Made by a program: the position numbers and the translations under genes. Shown piece by piece: positions 23,590 through 35,971 of a DNA stretch of 64,000 bases (positions within the stretch are counted from its first letter, which is position 1; each line of letters opens with the position of its first letter). Source of the stretch: Lytechinus pictus (Eukaryota); the NCBI RefSeq assembly GCF_037042905.1, contig NC_087250.1:12650001-12714000 (forward strand), in the 5' to 3' direction. The notes below the pieces were generated by a model. It searched no databases. It was given only the letters and a program-made list of their open reading frames with translations, and was not told where the DNA came from.

Positions 23590-25845
23590 CTGTGGATGAT
23601 AAAGATTGCATTTTTACTTTCATATCCGAAGTAAACTAAATAAAGATGACTGTGCGTTTGCGATCGACGGCGAAGCAGGCGACGCTAGTTCGCACCTATG
23701 TCATCTGTCATGTATGTTGGCCCAAATTAACAAATTATAATGACAATGTTCGCTGTCAACACCCATTTTGCTAAGATGTCCATGCTGCTGATTACATTGT
23801 CCTGCATAGCAGATCGATCGAGACTATAGGGCCTATCTTAGACACCGCTTTTCCGGCGGCGGCGCGGCGTCGTCAACATTGGAACCAAGGTTAAGTTTTT
23901 TGAAATGTCATCATAACTTAGAAAGTATAAAAACCTAGTTCATGAGACTTGAACATAGGAGTAATCAAGTATTACTGAACATCCTAGCTGAGTTTCAGGT
24001 AACATGACCAAGGTCAAAGGTCATTTAGGGTCAATAAACTTAGACCAAGTTGGGGGAATCAATATCGAAATCTTAACCAAGGTTAAGTTTTTGAAATGTC
24101 GTCATAACTTATAAAGTATATTGACCTAGTTCATGAAACTTAAACTGATGGGTAATAGTGAATCACTAAATATCCTGTGCGCGTTTCATGTCACATGACC
24201 ACGATCAAAGGTCATTTAGGGTCAATGAACTTTGGCCATGTTGGGGGTATTTTGTTGAATAGGCATCATAACTTAGAAAGTTCATGGATCTACTTGTACC
24301 GACACGTTGTTTATGAAACATAGACATAAGGGTAATCAATTATGTTTTGCGCACATCTTGGTCACATGATCATGGTCAATTGTCATGTTGGGTCATTGGA
24401 CATACTATTTTATTATCATGTGTTTTATTTTGTGATGAATTATTGAACAGCTGTTTTCAAAGTCAGTACTGCTGCTATATTGAATCGCGCAACGCAGGCG
24501 AGACTACCAGAGGCTTTCCACTTGTTTGGTTGAGTCCTGCTTCATAAATCCTGCTATGGCGATGTTTTCATATGGCTCTAGTAGACTTAACTCTTTAATA
24601 AGGCACTGAGCATGCTCAGTACTGCTTTATTACACTGAGCATGCTCGTTACAGTGTTATAATAGAGCGCAAGCTTCAGTCATCGATTCGACCCACGGGCC
24701 AAGTAAGCATATTTAGCCGTCGATTTGGCCCATGGGCCAAATTGGCATAAAGTTAGCCCGTGCGGGCTAAATTTAGCCCGTGGGCTAACACGTTTGTGAA
24801 ATGCTCGGTGGGCTAACCTAGCCCAAAGGGGATAGTTCGCCCATGGACATGGGCCAAATTTAACCCGGGCTAAGTTAGCCAACATTTGAGAATGCGGGCC
24901 CATGTGCCCGAGTGTTTGAACGGGTGATCGTAAAAGTAGTGGCTCTGCTATAGTCCGCACAATTAACACAATAATAAATGCGTTCAGTAGCTATAGCAGA
25001 GCCACGCTACTGAACGCATTTATTATTGTGTTAATTGTGCGGACTATTTTAGTTCGGGCCTGGTGCGGACCAAAAAATCATGAATTTCTGAAAGGGGTAT
25101 TAGACTTGTATTTTTTCAGAGTATTACCTCAATATTTGATTAAAAAACAGAGAGCTCTGAAAATCTTTCAAGGCGAGACTCGAAACTGCGTTAATGATTT
25201 TAGCTGGGTACACTTACAGTAACGCATCATTTTACTGATCGCGCCACAACAGTCTAGCTGATCGATGCGTTTAAAATTACCTTATATTCTTTCCATGAAT
25301 ATTCATAACGCGTAGTCTGACCAGATAAACCCTACTGGATACCATGCAGGTCCGTAACCAGGATTTCTTACGAAGTTGAAAAATTTGAGCGCGAAGCGCG
25401 AGCCGAATTTCTTGAAGCGGTACTCCAGGCCGATAATAAAATGATTTGAATAAAGAAAAACAAACCACTAAAAATTTCATCAAAATTGGACAAGGAATAA
25501 GGAAAGTATGACATTTTAAAGATTCTCATTATTTTGGTGAAACAGTTGATCTACAGATCTATGCATGTCTTCATGCATTTTCAATTAGAAAACTGATGAC
25601 GACATATCCCCACTTGTTCTTTTGTATTTTATTATATGAAATAATTTTTAATCAAATTTTCGATTTACATTAGAGATAATCATTGCTGCAATTGAATTTT
25701 TTTCATTAGGGAGACATGTCATATACACATTATTGAAATATGGAATAATTACGATTTCTTATAATTAGTCCGGGAACAAAAACTCATAGGGGCCCTTTTT
25801 AAAGAGTTTGTACAACCCACACCAAAGAAAAGGTTTGACACCGTA

Positions 25846-26162
25846 GGCCCGTATTCTGAAGTCAGGTTTAACCTACATCATGGTCTATAACTCTGTGCTA
25901 AAATTATTATGGGAAGCCAAATATTCAAAAATTCTGTTTCTATTGTATATTTCTTATGTTCAATAGTTTGCTTTCATAATGAAGAAAAATACTTCAAAAT
26001 ACTTTATTTATCATTCCTAAACAGTTATGAACAATTTGAGTGTCATATGAGCTAATAAATTGGATGTGTACTGTTAAGGATTTGTGCCCCAATTGGCTCT
26101 CCATAGTTAAACCACAACTTTATATCAGGGTTTGATTTAAACCCGAATTCAGAATACGGGCC
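25846..26162. mobile_element. PIF/Harbinger-like MITE nested in the left long TIR
   Basis: TIR GGCCCGTATTCTGAA...TTCAGAATACGGGCC; absent from the matching position of the right TIR. Confidence 0.85.
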
Positions 26163-27489
26163 ATAGGGTTGTAGTATGGACCCTCTTGATTACTGCTAGG
26201 TAGGTAGTAGTCTCAAATTGTGGTATCACTTTTTTTTTCTACAGTCGAATTTAAAGAGCGATGTAAAATAGCAACAAATTGAAAAAATCAAGAACCTTCA
26301 AGGGTAAGGTGAAATGTAAGTAGCCTTATCTCCGCTTGTATATTCCATAAATACGTCATTCATGTATCAAAATGTTGCTGGGAACAGCTCTAACGTTACA
26401 CTAACATTTATAAATCAAATTTAGATATCAAACCTTCAAAATAGGAATACACCCATGACCAATGTCCACTTCCATCTCAAGTAGATATGAAAAAATTGAT
26501 ACGATAAAGTGATTTTGTGTTGTTAAAAATGAGGCGATCTGTATAACTACAATGGGACTAAATATGAGTTATTCATAACAAAATGAAATTTTTTGCAATA
26601 TCATTAACATTTCATATATGTTTTAAATACTATTTTTCACAATTTTGTAGTGCCGTTAGCTTGAGATCCAACGCTGCATGAATCAATTAGCATTTCTTGT
26701 TCACTGGGGATATAATCAGTTCCCAACCATATTCCATTTTCTTTCTTCAAACTCAATTTTATTTTTATTTCTTTAAATTGTAAATTCTTTTATAGGGTTC
26801 ATTGACCGAAATGCCTCCCCCAGGGGGTGGGAGGGGGGCTGCCAAAGTCACCCCATCCTTTTCCTAAAGTTTGTCTATTTCTTGGAAATTTGCCATGTGG
26901 AGCGTTGTGGCCCAGTGGATTAGTCTCCGGACTTTGAAACAGAGGGTTGTGGGTTCGAATCCCAGACATGGCATAATTTCCATCGGCAAGAAATTTATGC
27001 ACATTGTGCCGCACTCGACCCAGGTGAGGTGAATGGGTACCCGGGGCCGGTAGGAAGAAATTCCTCAAATGCTCGAGCGCCCGATAAAGGTAGCCGTGCT
27101 AAAGCCGGGGTAATAATAATAGCAGGGCCCGCTGGGAGAACAGTTTTCGGAACTGAAGTGGGTACCCTGGGTAAATATGCCGTTATTGTTATATTATTTT
27201 GACATGTTTGAAGTTCCTTTTGAGGCGGGTAGCATTTCTAATATGTAGTCAACCCTCTTTTATTCATTTGAAACCACTTTAAGAAAAAGGAGTAACCTAT
27301 TATCCATCTTTTATAAATAAAGAGGTACTGGCAACCTTCTCGCTCAGGGGGGGGGGGGTGCCAAAGTCACCCAGCCACTTTTAGTATTTTGTCTATTTAT
27401 GTAAAAAATCTGCCATTTTGAGGCCCCGTTGAGGCAAAAAGAACATTTCTTCAATGTAGTAAAGCCACTTTTATTGTCATGAAATCATT

Positions 27490-28320
27490 TGGGCGAACAG
27501 TTCAAAACTTCATTTTAATCAAATTTTACTTATCCAAAAAAGACTAATAAGAATTATTAATGATACAAGTTACCGGGCTCATTCTAAGCCACTCTTTTAT
27601 TCATGTAATGTTCTACAAATCCATGATCTTTATGCATTTAACCTTGGAATATTTATGTTTCAACTCTCAAGAAAAGAATTACCCACTATCGTATCTTCTC
27701 TATTTAGAAGGAATGACGAGATTCACAGCTATCCTACTCGTCAAAGTCATTATTATCATCTTCCACGTACTCGTACAGCTTTTTAACATAAAACAATTAT
27801 TGTCACAGGTCCATTACTTTGGAATGATCTACTAACCGACTTTAAAGATTGCAATTCTATATATACTTTTAAACGTAAATTGAAAACTTATATTTTAAAC
27901 AAATATCTAAATGGCAATTCCTCGGCTCCCTAGTGTTTCTCTTAATTATTTTTAGTCCACCTCCCTCTTTTTTTTTTCACTCCTTCTTCTTTCGTTTTTT
28001 TTGGGGGAAATATTTTTTTCTCTTTCTCTTTCTTTTCTTGTAACATATTGATATTAAAACAAGTTGACAACTACTTATAATTTCATTAATAGGGAAACTA
28101 TAAATTACAAGCTCTGCTTTTTAATAGTTTGCCCTTCATATCTTCATCTTATTGATATATCTGTCTCCAATCTGAACGTTCAATTGTATACATTTGTCTT
28201 ATTTATTATGAATAATGTTGATGTATTGTATTTTTTTATTATTAATGATTTACTGTCTTTTGATGGACGTTACATTGTATTTGATATTTTATGAAATATG
28301 AAAATAAACCAAACTGAACT
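27490..28320 (+). mobile_element. Short 3' copy of the same LINE family as 19160-20622
   Basis: Colinear, high similarity to 19160-20622 (for example aacagttcaaaacttca...ggacgttacattgtatttgatatttt) but lacking the two inserts present in that copy. Confidence 0.88.
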
Positions 28321-29239
28321 GGAATTGCCTATTTATGGGAAAATATGTAATTTCGAAGCCCTATTGAGGTAAAAAGCTGCTTCCGCTGTTTCCGATACAG
28401 CAAAAATGCCATTTTGCTCCAAAGGGGATGCCAAAATACGATATTTCCAAATACATGTCAAGGTCGAAAAAGGGTGAGGTAACTTTTAACAGGTTCCTGT
28501 AACCAGGATAATATTTTGAGCAAACATGTCCTCAATAATTTGCAGGAGATCAATAAAAAAAAATCTGCTTCACTGAAATATGCGTTAAATCTACTCCTAG
28601 GTCATTTGCATCCTAAGTTCATGCCTTTTCTTATTCTCCTTGCTTGCTTGCCCATCTATGCTCTTTTCTTCTCCTCTCTTCTCTTCTCTTCTCTACCTTT
28701 CCCTTTCTTTTTTAATTGTTGTTTACTCATGGTTTTAAAGTTATCCATATTTCCGACAAAGGCACCTGCTTTCTGGGTTCTTACGCATTCTTCCATGTAA
28801 AATTTATTACTGTATTTTACATTCATTGTTTTCTCTACTATATTAATGATATTATTGATGTGTAAACATTAAAATTGATTAAATGTCAATTGTGTTATAT
28901 ATAAGTAGAATTGTAGAGCAATTACATTCATTTATTTAGTTATTTCCTGTTTAAGGATATTCATAGCATATAATGATTAAGAATATTCCAGAATGTCTCA
29001 TTAAAGCTTTCTTAGGCATGCCTATTTAATGAGATGGTATAATTTTTGTTATTTCTGGAATGTCCAAAGGTAGACAATAGAACCTGCCTGCAGTGAAAAG
29101 AACGATAGGATTAGCTATGTTATTTACGTTGTTAATTTTACTGAGGTCATTCAAGAGATCTAGAAGTGGACTATTGTAGAAAGAAGGATAATGTTCTTTT
29201 TAAAGATAATACTAGAAGCTTCCAGAATAGTGTAAATTT

Positions 29240-29670
29240 AAACCAAAACAGACTTAATCCCAGATATGTGCATATTTTGGAAACGGGATAAGAAACTTGC
29301 AATTATTGAACTCACGGTTCCTTTCGAAACAAATCTGATCAGGGCAAATGAACGAAAATCAAATAAATATGCACCTATGATTTCGGACATAGATGCCAAT
29401 GGTTTCGATGTGGTTTTCCTTCCTATAGAAATAGGTTCCAGGGGCTATATCAGTAGCGACAATTCACAAAAGCTGAAGAAATTTCTCTCGTTATGTGGGA
29501 AACCAGTGCCTTTCAAGACCTTTCGGGATAAACTTGCGTCACTTGCCATCACTTCTTCATTTGTAATATATTCGGCCAAGGAGGAACCCGTATGGGAATG
29601 TCATAACCCACTAATGTAATATGAAATAATGTAATAATAACCAAATACCGTAAGACAAAAAAAATAATAA
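29240..29670 (+). mobile_element. 3' fragment of a restriction-like-endonuclease non-LTR retrotransposon (HERO/NeSL/R4 group)
   Basis: PD...IIELTVPFE...ANERKSNKY...PIEIGSRG motif (PD-(D/E)xK-type RLE), a stop at 29619, then a (TAA)-rich tail. Confidence 0.85.
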
Positions 29671-32306
29671 AATAAAAAAAAATATTACGACTTATTGTGA
29701 GGATTTCCAAAATGTGACCCCCCCCCCCCATCACATACACTCTCAGAAATATTTTGCTCAACATAGTGCCGTTGGCATAGTTGGTAGGCGTATGGGCCTT
29801 CCGACTGTTGATTGATGAAATGCATTCGTTTCGTGTGCAATTTTCTTTGTCCAGCGGTTGGTTGGGTTCATGTGTTGACCAGCCCAATACTTTTTTTTTT
29901 GAGAGTGTATGATGTGTTGAAGGAAATAAATATCCATTTATATGTATCCTAAAAAGGAAGAAAAGTTGAAATCTGGTCACTTGCCTGTGTCGGGGTATAT
30001 GTGCAATCATTTGAATTTATTTAATGCCCTGGAAGTCACATGTTGTTTTCTCTCTCTTTCTCTCTCACACCCCCCTTTCTCTTTCTCCCACCAGCCCCCA
30101 CCCTCTCTCTCCCCTCTTTCTCATTCCTTCTCTCACTTCTATTTTTATTTCACCTTTGTATGTACCATCTCTCCCTTCTTTTATTTCCACCTCTCTTTTC
30201 TTAACTGCTTTAGTTCTCGTTTTTTTTTCTACATACTGTACTTCATGCTTGTTTTAATATTTTGACTCGGGGTAATTATAGTAATGTATTGTATATGCTA
30301 TTATGTTAATATAATCTATGTTATTCATGTATGCCCTGCTTGTTCTGTTACTCAGATATGTCCTGGGCGTTCCTTTCTTCTATGTTTGCATATATTTTAT
30401 TCCTTTGTTTGAACGATTTGAATGTTAATAAAGTGATGAATTACTACTATAAGCTGGCAGTTTCTTCAGTTTAACACCAGACTTTATGTCGGAGCATAGT
30501 TTATTTCCAACTGGAATACAATATTCATCTTCTGTGGAATTATTTAAACGCCATGCGCAGATCCAGGGGGGGGGGGACAGGGGGCACGTGCCCCCCCCCC
30601 CCTTGAAAAGCAAAATTAAAATTTGTAGTGTGGTTGAAAACCTTTTTTTGTGGCTTGTAAAAATTTTCCTCCGACAAATTTGCCCCCCCCCCCCCATTTT
30701 GGAAAATCCTGGATCCGCCCCTGCCATCAATGAACTGTTTGCAGTTACTTTGAGAGAGGAATTCTCAGTTCTCATCGAGATCATCAACCTGCTTTAATGA
30801 ACGCTTTTCAACCCATGGATTTCTGAAATTGACTGTTAATCACCATTAACATCGTCTTCGCAGACATTTCAACTCGTTACAGTGACTCTTATTTTTCATC
30901 GTGTTTCAACATCAATTTCATCATCGCCAGCATTGTGGATATTAATTTAAGGAGCCTTCGCCAGCAAACTTGGACATAATCATTTGGAATATTTATGGAC
31001 TTATCAGAACTGACAATTCAAGAGATGTAAGAATATTATTTATATTTTGTTTAGTGTATGATTGATCTATTTCCTGTAATAAAAGAAAAGGAAATCAAAT
31101 TTAAAACTAAATTTTCATTGCTATTTGTTGCAGTATCGTAACAATTGGAATAAAATAGATGTTTAATTGAATTGAATGAAGTTAAATAATACAACAACAC
31201 AACCTGAGACATTCCTTCAATTACTTTATTCATTTTCAAATGATTGGGAGTACTGAGTATAGTAACATTCATCTGATAATTGAACTTGATCATCATATAA
31301 ACTTCGTTTGAAAATTATCACGAAATACAGATTTTCACTTCGAAATGTTTGTCGTATCACTGGGCCTATCATTTAATATCAGTTTGATACTTGTTATTTA
31401 GGTGGCGGAGATCATTATACCTATGGGGAAAACGACTTGGAAATATCAACATTTATATGATGTTCAGTAATTAATACTGCAAAAATGGAGGGCTTGGGGC
31501 CGTTGACCCCTAAACGAATTTTGCGATTAAAAAAATGAAGTTAGAAGAAAGAAAAGGAAAGGAAAGAAATATTATATTTTCTGGATAATATGTCATAATT
31601 TGTAAAAAAAAAACCAGATGGTGTATTAAAAACGTAATTTTTGTCTCAATAGCTTCGGTCTCGCACAGTTCCTTAGACATTTTGCCCCATACTCCATGTC
31701 TGGCCCCATCATTTTAATTTTTGAGGGCGGGGTCCTACGCCAGTGGTAATGAATTTGGCTTGGATCAGATTATATTGCCAGTAAAAAGTAAATCTAATTC
31801 TAATTGATATAAGCAGCGTTGGATCCCAAACTAACGGCACTACAAGATTGTAAATATAGTAGCCCGTAGGCTAGTTAGAACATATCTGGAAATGTTTTGA
31901 AATCTTCATTTTGTTATGAATAACGCATATTTAATCCAAGTACAGTTTGATAGAGCGCCACATATTTAAACACAAAAATCAAGTTATCGTGTCATTTTTT
32001 TCATATCTACTTGAGATGGAAATGGACACTAACCATTAGTTTATTCCTATTTTGAAGGTTCGATATCTCAATTTTACTTTTAAATGTTGCTGTAACATTA
32101 GAGCTGTCACCCAGCAACATTTTGCTACATGAATGACGTATTTATTACATAATACAAGAGGAAATATAGCAAGTTACATTTCACCTTCTCCTTAAAAGTT
32201 GTTGATTTTTTTTCATTATTTGCTATTTTACATTTTTCTTTAAATTCAACGGTAGTAGAAAAGTGATACCACAATTTGAGACTACTACCTACCTAGCAGT
32301 GATCTA

Positions 32307-34064
32307 CAGTGCGTCCCCAAAAAACTATACACTTTTAAAATGGCTGCCAAATAAAAAATATAGCACTTTTGGGAAAAACACTTATATATCATGGAAGCCA
32401 ATAAAGTCAACTTTCAAATGACACCAAAGAATTGGTAAACGATTCATGCTTGAGCGAGCACTGCCCACTGTAACAAAGGGTATGAAAATTAGGCTGGGCT
32501 GGAATTAGCCTTCCAAATTCTGTCAGTTTTTGAAAGGCAAATCCGTTGGAACTTGCAAAGTTTAAGGGTGTTGCGATAAATTGATGACCAACGGTGACCA
32601 ATTTTGGTTGTTTAAGCAAATTTCATGAATTATCAAATTGAATTTTAATGCATGAGTGAACACAAATTACACTTTTTTGGGCAGCATTTCAACTTTATCA
32701 TGTTAATCTCAGCAATGTGTTCATGGGTGTCAGGAGAATAGGGGTGACATAGGACTGAAGTGGGAGAAGGAGGTTGATGGAATAAGGGTCAACAGAACAT
32801 GTAGCCCCCCCCCCCCCTCCGTCTCTCCCGCCCTCCCCTCTTGTTGAGAGACTGATTGCTATTGTCATGTACACATGAAGTCCAGAGCAGAATGTTGATT
32901 TAATGATAAATTCTGAATTGGGCATCAATGTATTCCTATCAATCATTTAATCAACAATTTATCAATAAATAAACTCATTCAATGTGCGATGTGACCAATC
33001 AATCATTCATTTTTTCAATTAATTATTTCATAAATCATCATAATCAGTCAATTTCTTGGTAATCATTCAATGAAAAAAAAACTGACCATCAGCCCCCGGT
33101 CACTTGGCAGTTAAGTTTTGAATAGGGTACAATCCAGGAAGTGAGACAGAGAGAGAGAGAAGAAGCCGGGGAAATGGAGGGGGAGGGGGTACATAATTAT
33201 GACCTTTAATTTGTAAAAGGACGCAAAGAAGAGGGATGCCCTTTTGACCAAGTCTTACCATACCTCTTGCTTGTATCGGGTACCATCACATTACTCTGAC
33301 TCTCACGAACACACTGGTGAGGTCCACAAGATGAATATGCTACACTAAAGTTACAATTCCTGTTCACTTATGCATTAAATTTCAATTTAGTAACTCGTGG
33401 AATTTGCCTAAGAAACCATAACTTATCTCACTCATTAATTTAGCATAACACCCATAGCTTTGCAAGTTCCAAAGGACTAACCTCTCAAAAAACTGTAAGG
33501 CTAATTCCTGCCCAACCTAGCCAAGCTTAGTCTCTCAGGAGGAGAGAAGTGGGGGAGGTGGTAGAGATGGAGGGAGTGGTTGCTAAATGTTCTGTTGACC
33601 TTTATCCCATCAACGTACTTCACCTACTTAAGTCCTATCTGATCCCCTATTCTCACGACTCTCATGCTGAACACATTGCTGAGATCATCAATGTTAATTA
33701 AAAATGCTTCACTAAAAATTGCAATTCATGATCACTCATGCATCAAACTTCAATTTAATAACTCATGAAAGTTTCTCAAACAACAAACTGATCACAATTC
33801 ATCATTAATTCATCACAAAACCCTCAACTTTGAAAGCAAAAAAAAATGAAAGAAATTGGAAGGCTAATTCCGGCCCAACCTAATTTTCATACCTTTTGTT
33901 TCAGTGGGCAGTGCTCGCTCAAGCATGAATAGTTTTCTAACTTTTTGTTGTCATTTGAAAGTTTATTTTATTGGCTTTCCATATATATAAGTCTTTTCCC
34001 CCAAAGTGATATATTTTTTATTTGGCAGCCATTTCAAAAGTGTATAGTTTTTTGGGACGCACTG
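32307..34064. mobile_element. Tc1/mariner-like non-autonomous element nested in the right long TIR
   Basis: TA-CAGTGCGTCCC...GGGACGCACTG-TA with TIRs over 200 bp; absent from the left TIR. Confidence 0.9.
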
Positions 34065-34275
34065 TAGAGGGTCCATACTGACTACCTATGGTATCAAACC
34101 TTTTGTGTGGTGTGGGTCGTACGAACTAATTTTTCACAGGTCCTTGCTCCCGGACTTAACATAAAAAAGGAAAGTGGGGATGTGGCATCATCAGCCTACA
34201 AAATGAATATTCATGACGACGTGCATGTTTTCATAAGACATTGCTAAGTTTGAAAATTCAATAACTTCTTTATTT

Positions 34276-35031
34276 GAAGAGTTTGGTTCCAAAGGGGTTA
34301 GGTCCACTTTCGACCATTCAGAGAAAAACCTTTTTTTATTCTAACTTATTGCCAAATTCTTATGAGAAACTAAATTGTCATCATGTACTACCCTATCATG
34401 TGAACATAAAATTGGGTATAAAGAAATCTACCTGTCTTCATTTTTTCTATATATTCTTTAAAAAATTATTACTGTGGACCTAATCTCTTTTGTAAGCAAA
34501 GTGAAATGCATCCAATCTCTTTTGATTAAAAAAGTGATTTTTCTTGGCCACTTTTATTCACGTTTTCATGTTTGGTATCATCAGAGCGACTAAAAATTCA
34601 AAGGTTTTGAGACAGAAAACCAAATTTATGAAAAATGGACCTAACCCCTTTTGAAAAATGAGCTCTTCAGAAGAGTTAGGTTGCAAAAGGGGTTAGGTCC
34701 ACTCCAAGAAAATCTTTTTTTTTTAATTCTCCCATATTGCAATGTTCTTATGCGAAACTAAATTTTTATACCCTACCATGAGAGCATAAAATTGGGTATA
34801 AGAGAAAAACTACCTGTCGTTATATTTTTTTTAATATTCTTTTCCAAAAAGATCTATGTGGACCTAACCCCTTTTGAAAAAAAGTGATTTTTCTTTGCCA
34901 TTTTAGTTCACTTTTTAATGTGAATTTCAACTGTTCTTTGGTTTCATTTTATAGAGCTACTAAAAATCTATACATTGAGGAAAAAAAATTGATGAATATT
35001 GGACCTAACCCCTTTTGCAAGTGAGCTCTTC
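34276..35031. mobile_element. Tandem dimer of a GAAGAG...CTCTTC MITE with ATTT TSD (Sola-like)
   Basis: Units 34276-34668 and 34670-35031, each with ggggttaggtcc/ggacctaacccc subterminal repeats; ATTT on both outer flanks. Confidence 0.75.
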
Positions 35032-35922
35032 ATTTGTAATCACATTTTTTGAGGAAATAATCAGCATTTTGCTTGGAGATGATTACTTTCAGCCCGGAGT
35101 ACCCATTTAATATACTGACCGAAATAGGGACACCTTGACTCGTGAAGATGATACGCCATCTTACCAACCAGATGATGGGAGCGCAAAAAGCAAGCTGAAA
35201 ATTATTAATATTCGAATCTGACTTGAAAAGTCGACATCCTAAGCACTCATTTTGTAACCATGATCAAGATGCTGTTGCAAGGAGTTGAACACGTTAAGCA
35301 CTGTTTAAAAGTGTTTGTCTTAACACAAATACCAGTTGTGGTTCAAAAATATAATTATGAATCTCTCAAAATGACCACCAAAGTGCTTATATGTACGAAG
35401 AAAGAACATGTACCAAATTGAACATTGTTAATCTCTATTTGTATTTGATAGATATTAATCCGTTATATTTTTTAGGGGACTCACATAAACAAGCGATGCT
35501 TTCCAGTGAGTTCCCCTTTTCATTTCTGTTATTCATATTCTGATTTTTTCCTACTTACTTTGTAATTTTGTTTGAAATGAAGAAGAATAAAGTCAATCAA
35601 TCAATCAAATTATACCGATAGAAAATTTTTCATTGCTTTAAAAAAATAAAAAAAACCAACCATGGGAAAGATGTCGGGAGATTTTCCATGCAATAATAAT
35701 GCACTGTTCCACATGACATGTGCTTATGTGTTTGTGATCTTCGGTGTCACGGTCATTTTATTTCAGTTTCATCATTTATCTTTGATCCCGAAGGAATTCC
35801 AGACAACCCCATTTATGAATTAAAACTTTGCCGCAGCACGTAGGTCACATAGGTTTCAGATTATACACTAATTCAAGTGCGCCCGTCACCCCTCCCCCGG
35901 CTAAGACTTAAATAAGACTTAC

Positions 35923-35971
35923 CGAACGCAAGGAGTAACATCAGCAAAAAGATCGAAGAAAACTTGTCCAT
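35923..35971 (-). CDS. Ly6/uPAR (three-finger) gene A, coding exon 1: signal peptide MDKFSSIFLLMLLLAF
   Basis: Minus strand reads ATG GAC AAG TTT TCT TCG ATC TTT TTG CTG ATG TTA CTC CTT GCG TTC G|GTAAGT: hydrophobic N-terminus and a perfect phase-1 donor that matches the phase of the exon at 23447-23589. Confidence 0.8.

Larger units (their letters stand above)
25768..34155. mobile_element. 8.4-kb non-autonomous DNA element with ~600-bp diverged TIRs
   Basis: Termini GTCCGGGA...TCCCGGAC, each flanked by TTA. 25768-26690 is the reverse complement of 31800-34155 once nested inserts are removed. It splits a host MITE. Confidence 0.8.

Noticed and set aside
30425..31320. Transposase remnant inside the long-TIR element
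   Set aside because: No recognisable motif, and the ORFs run through an inserted GGATCC-type mini-element.
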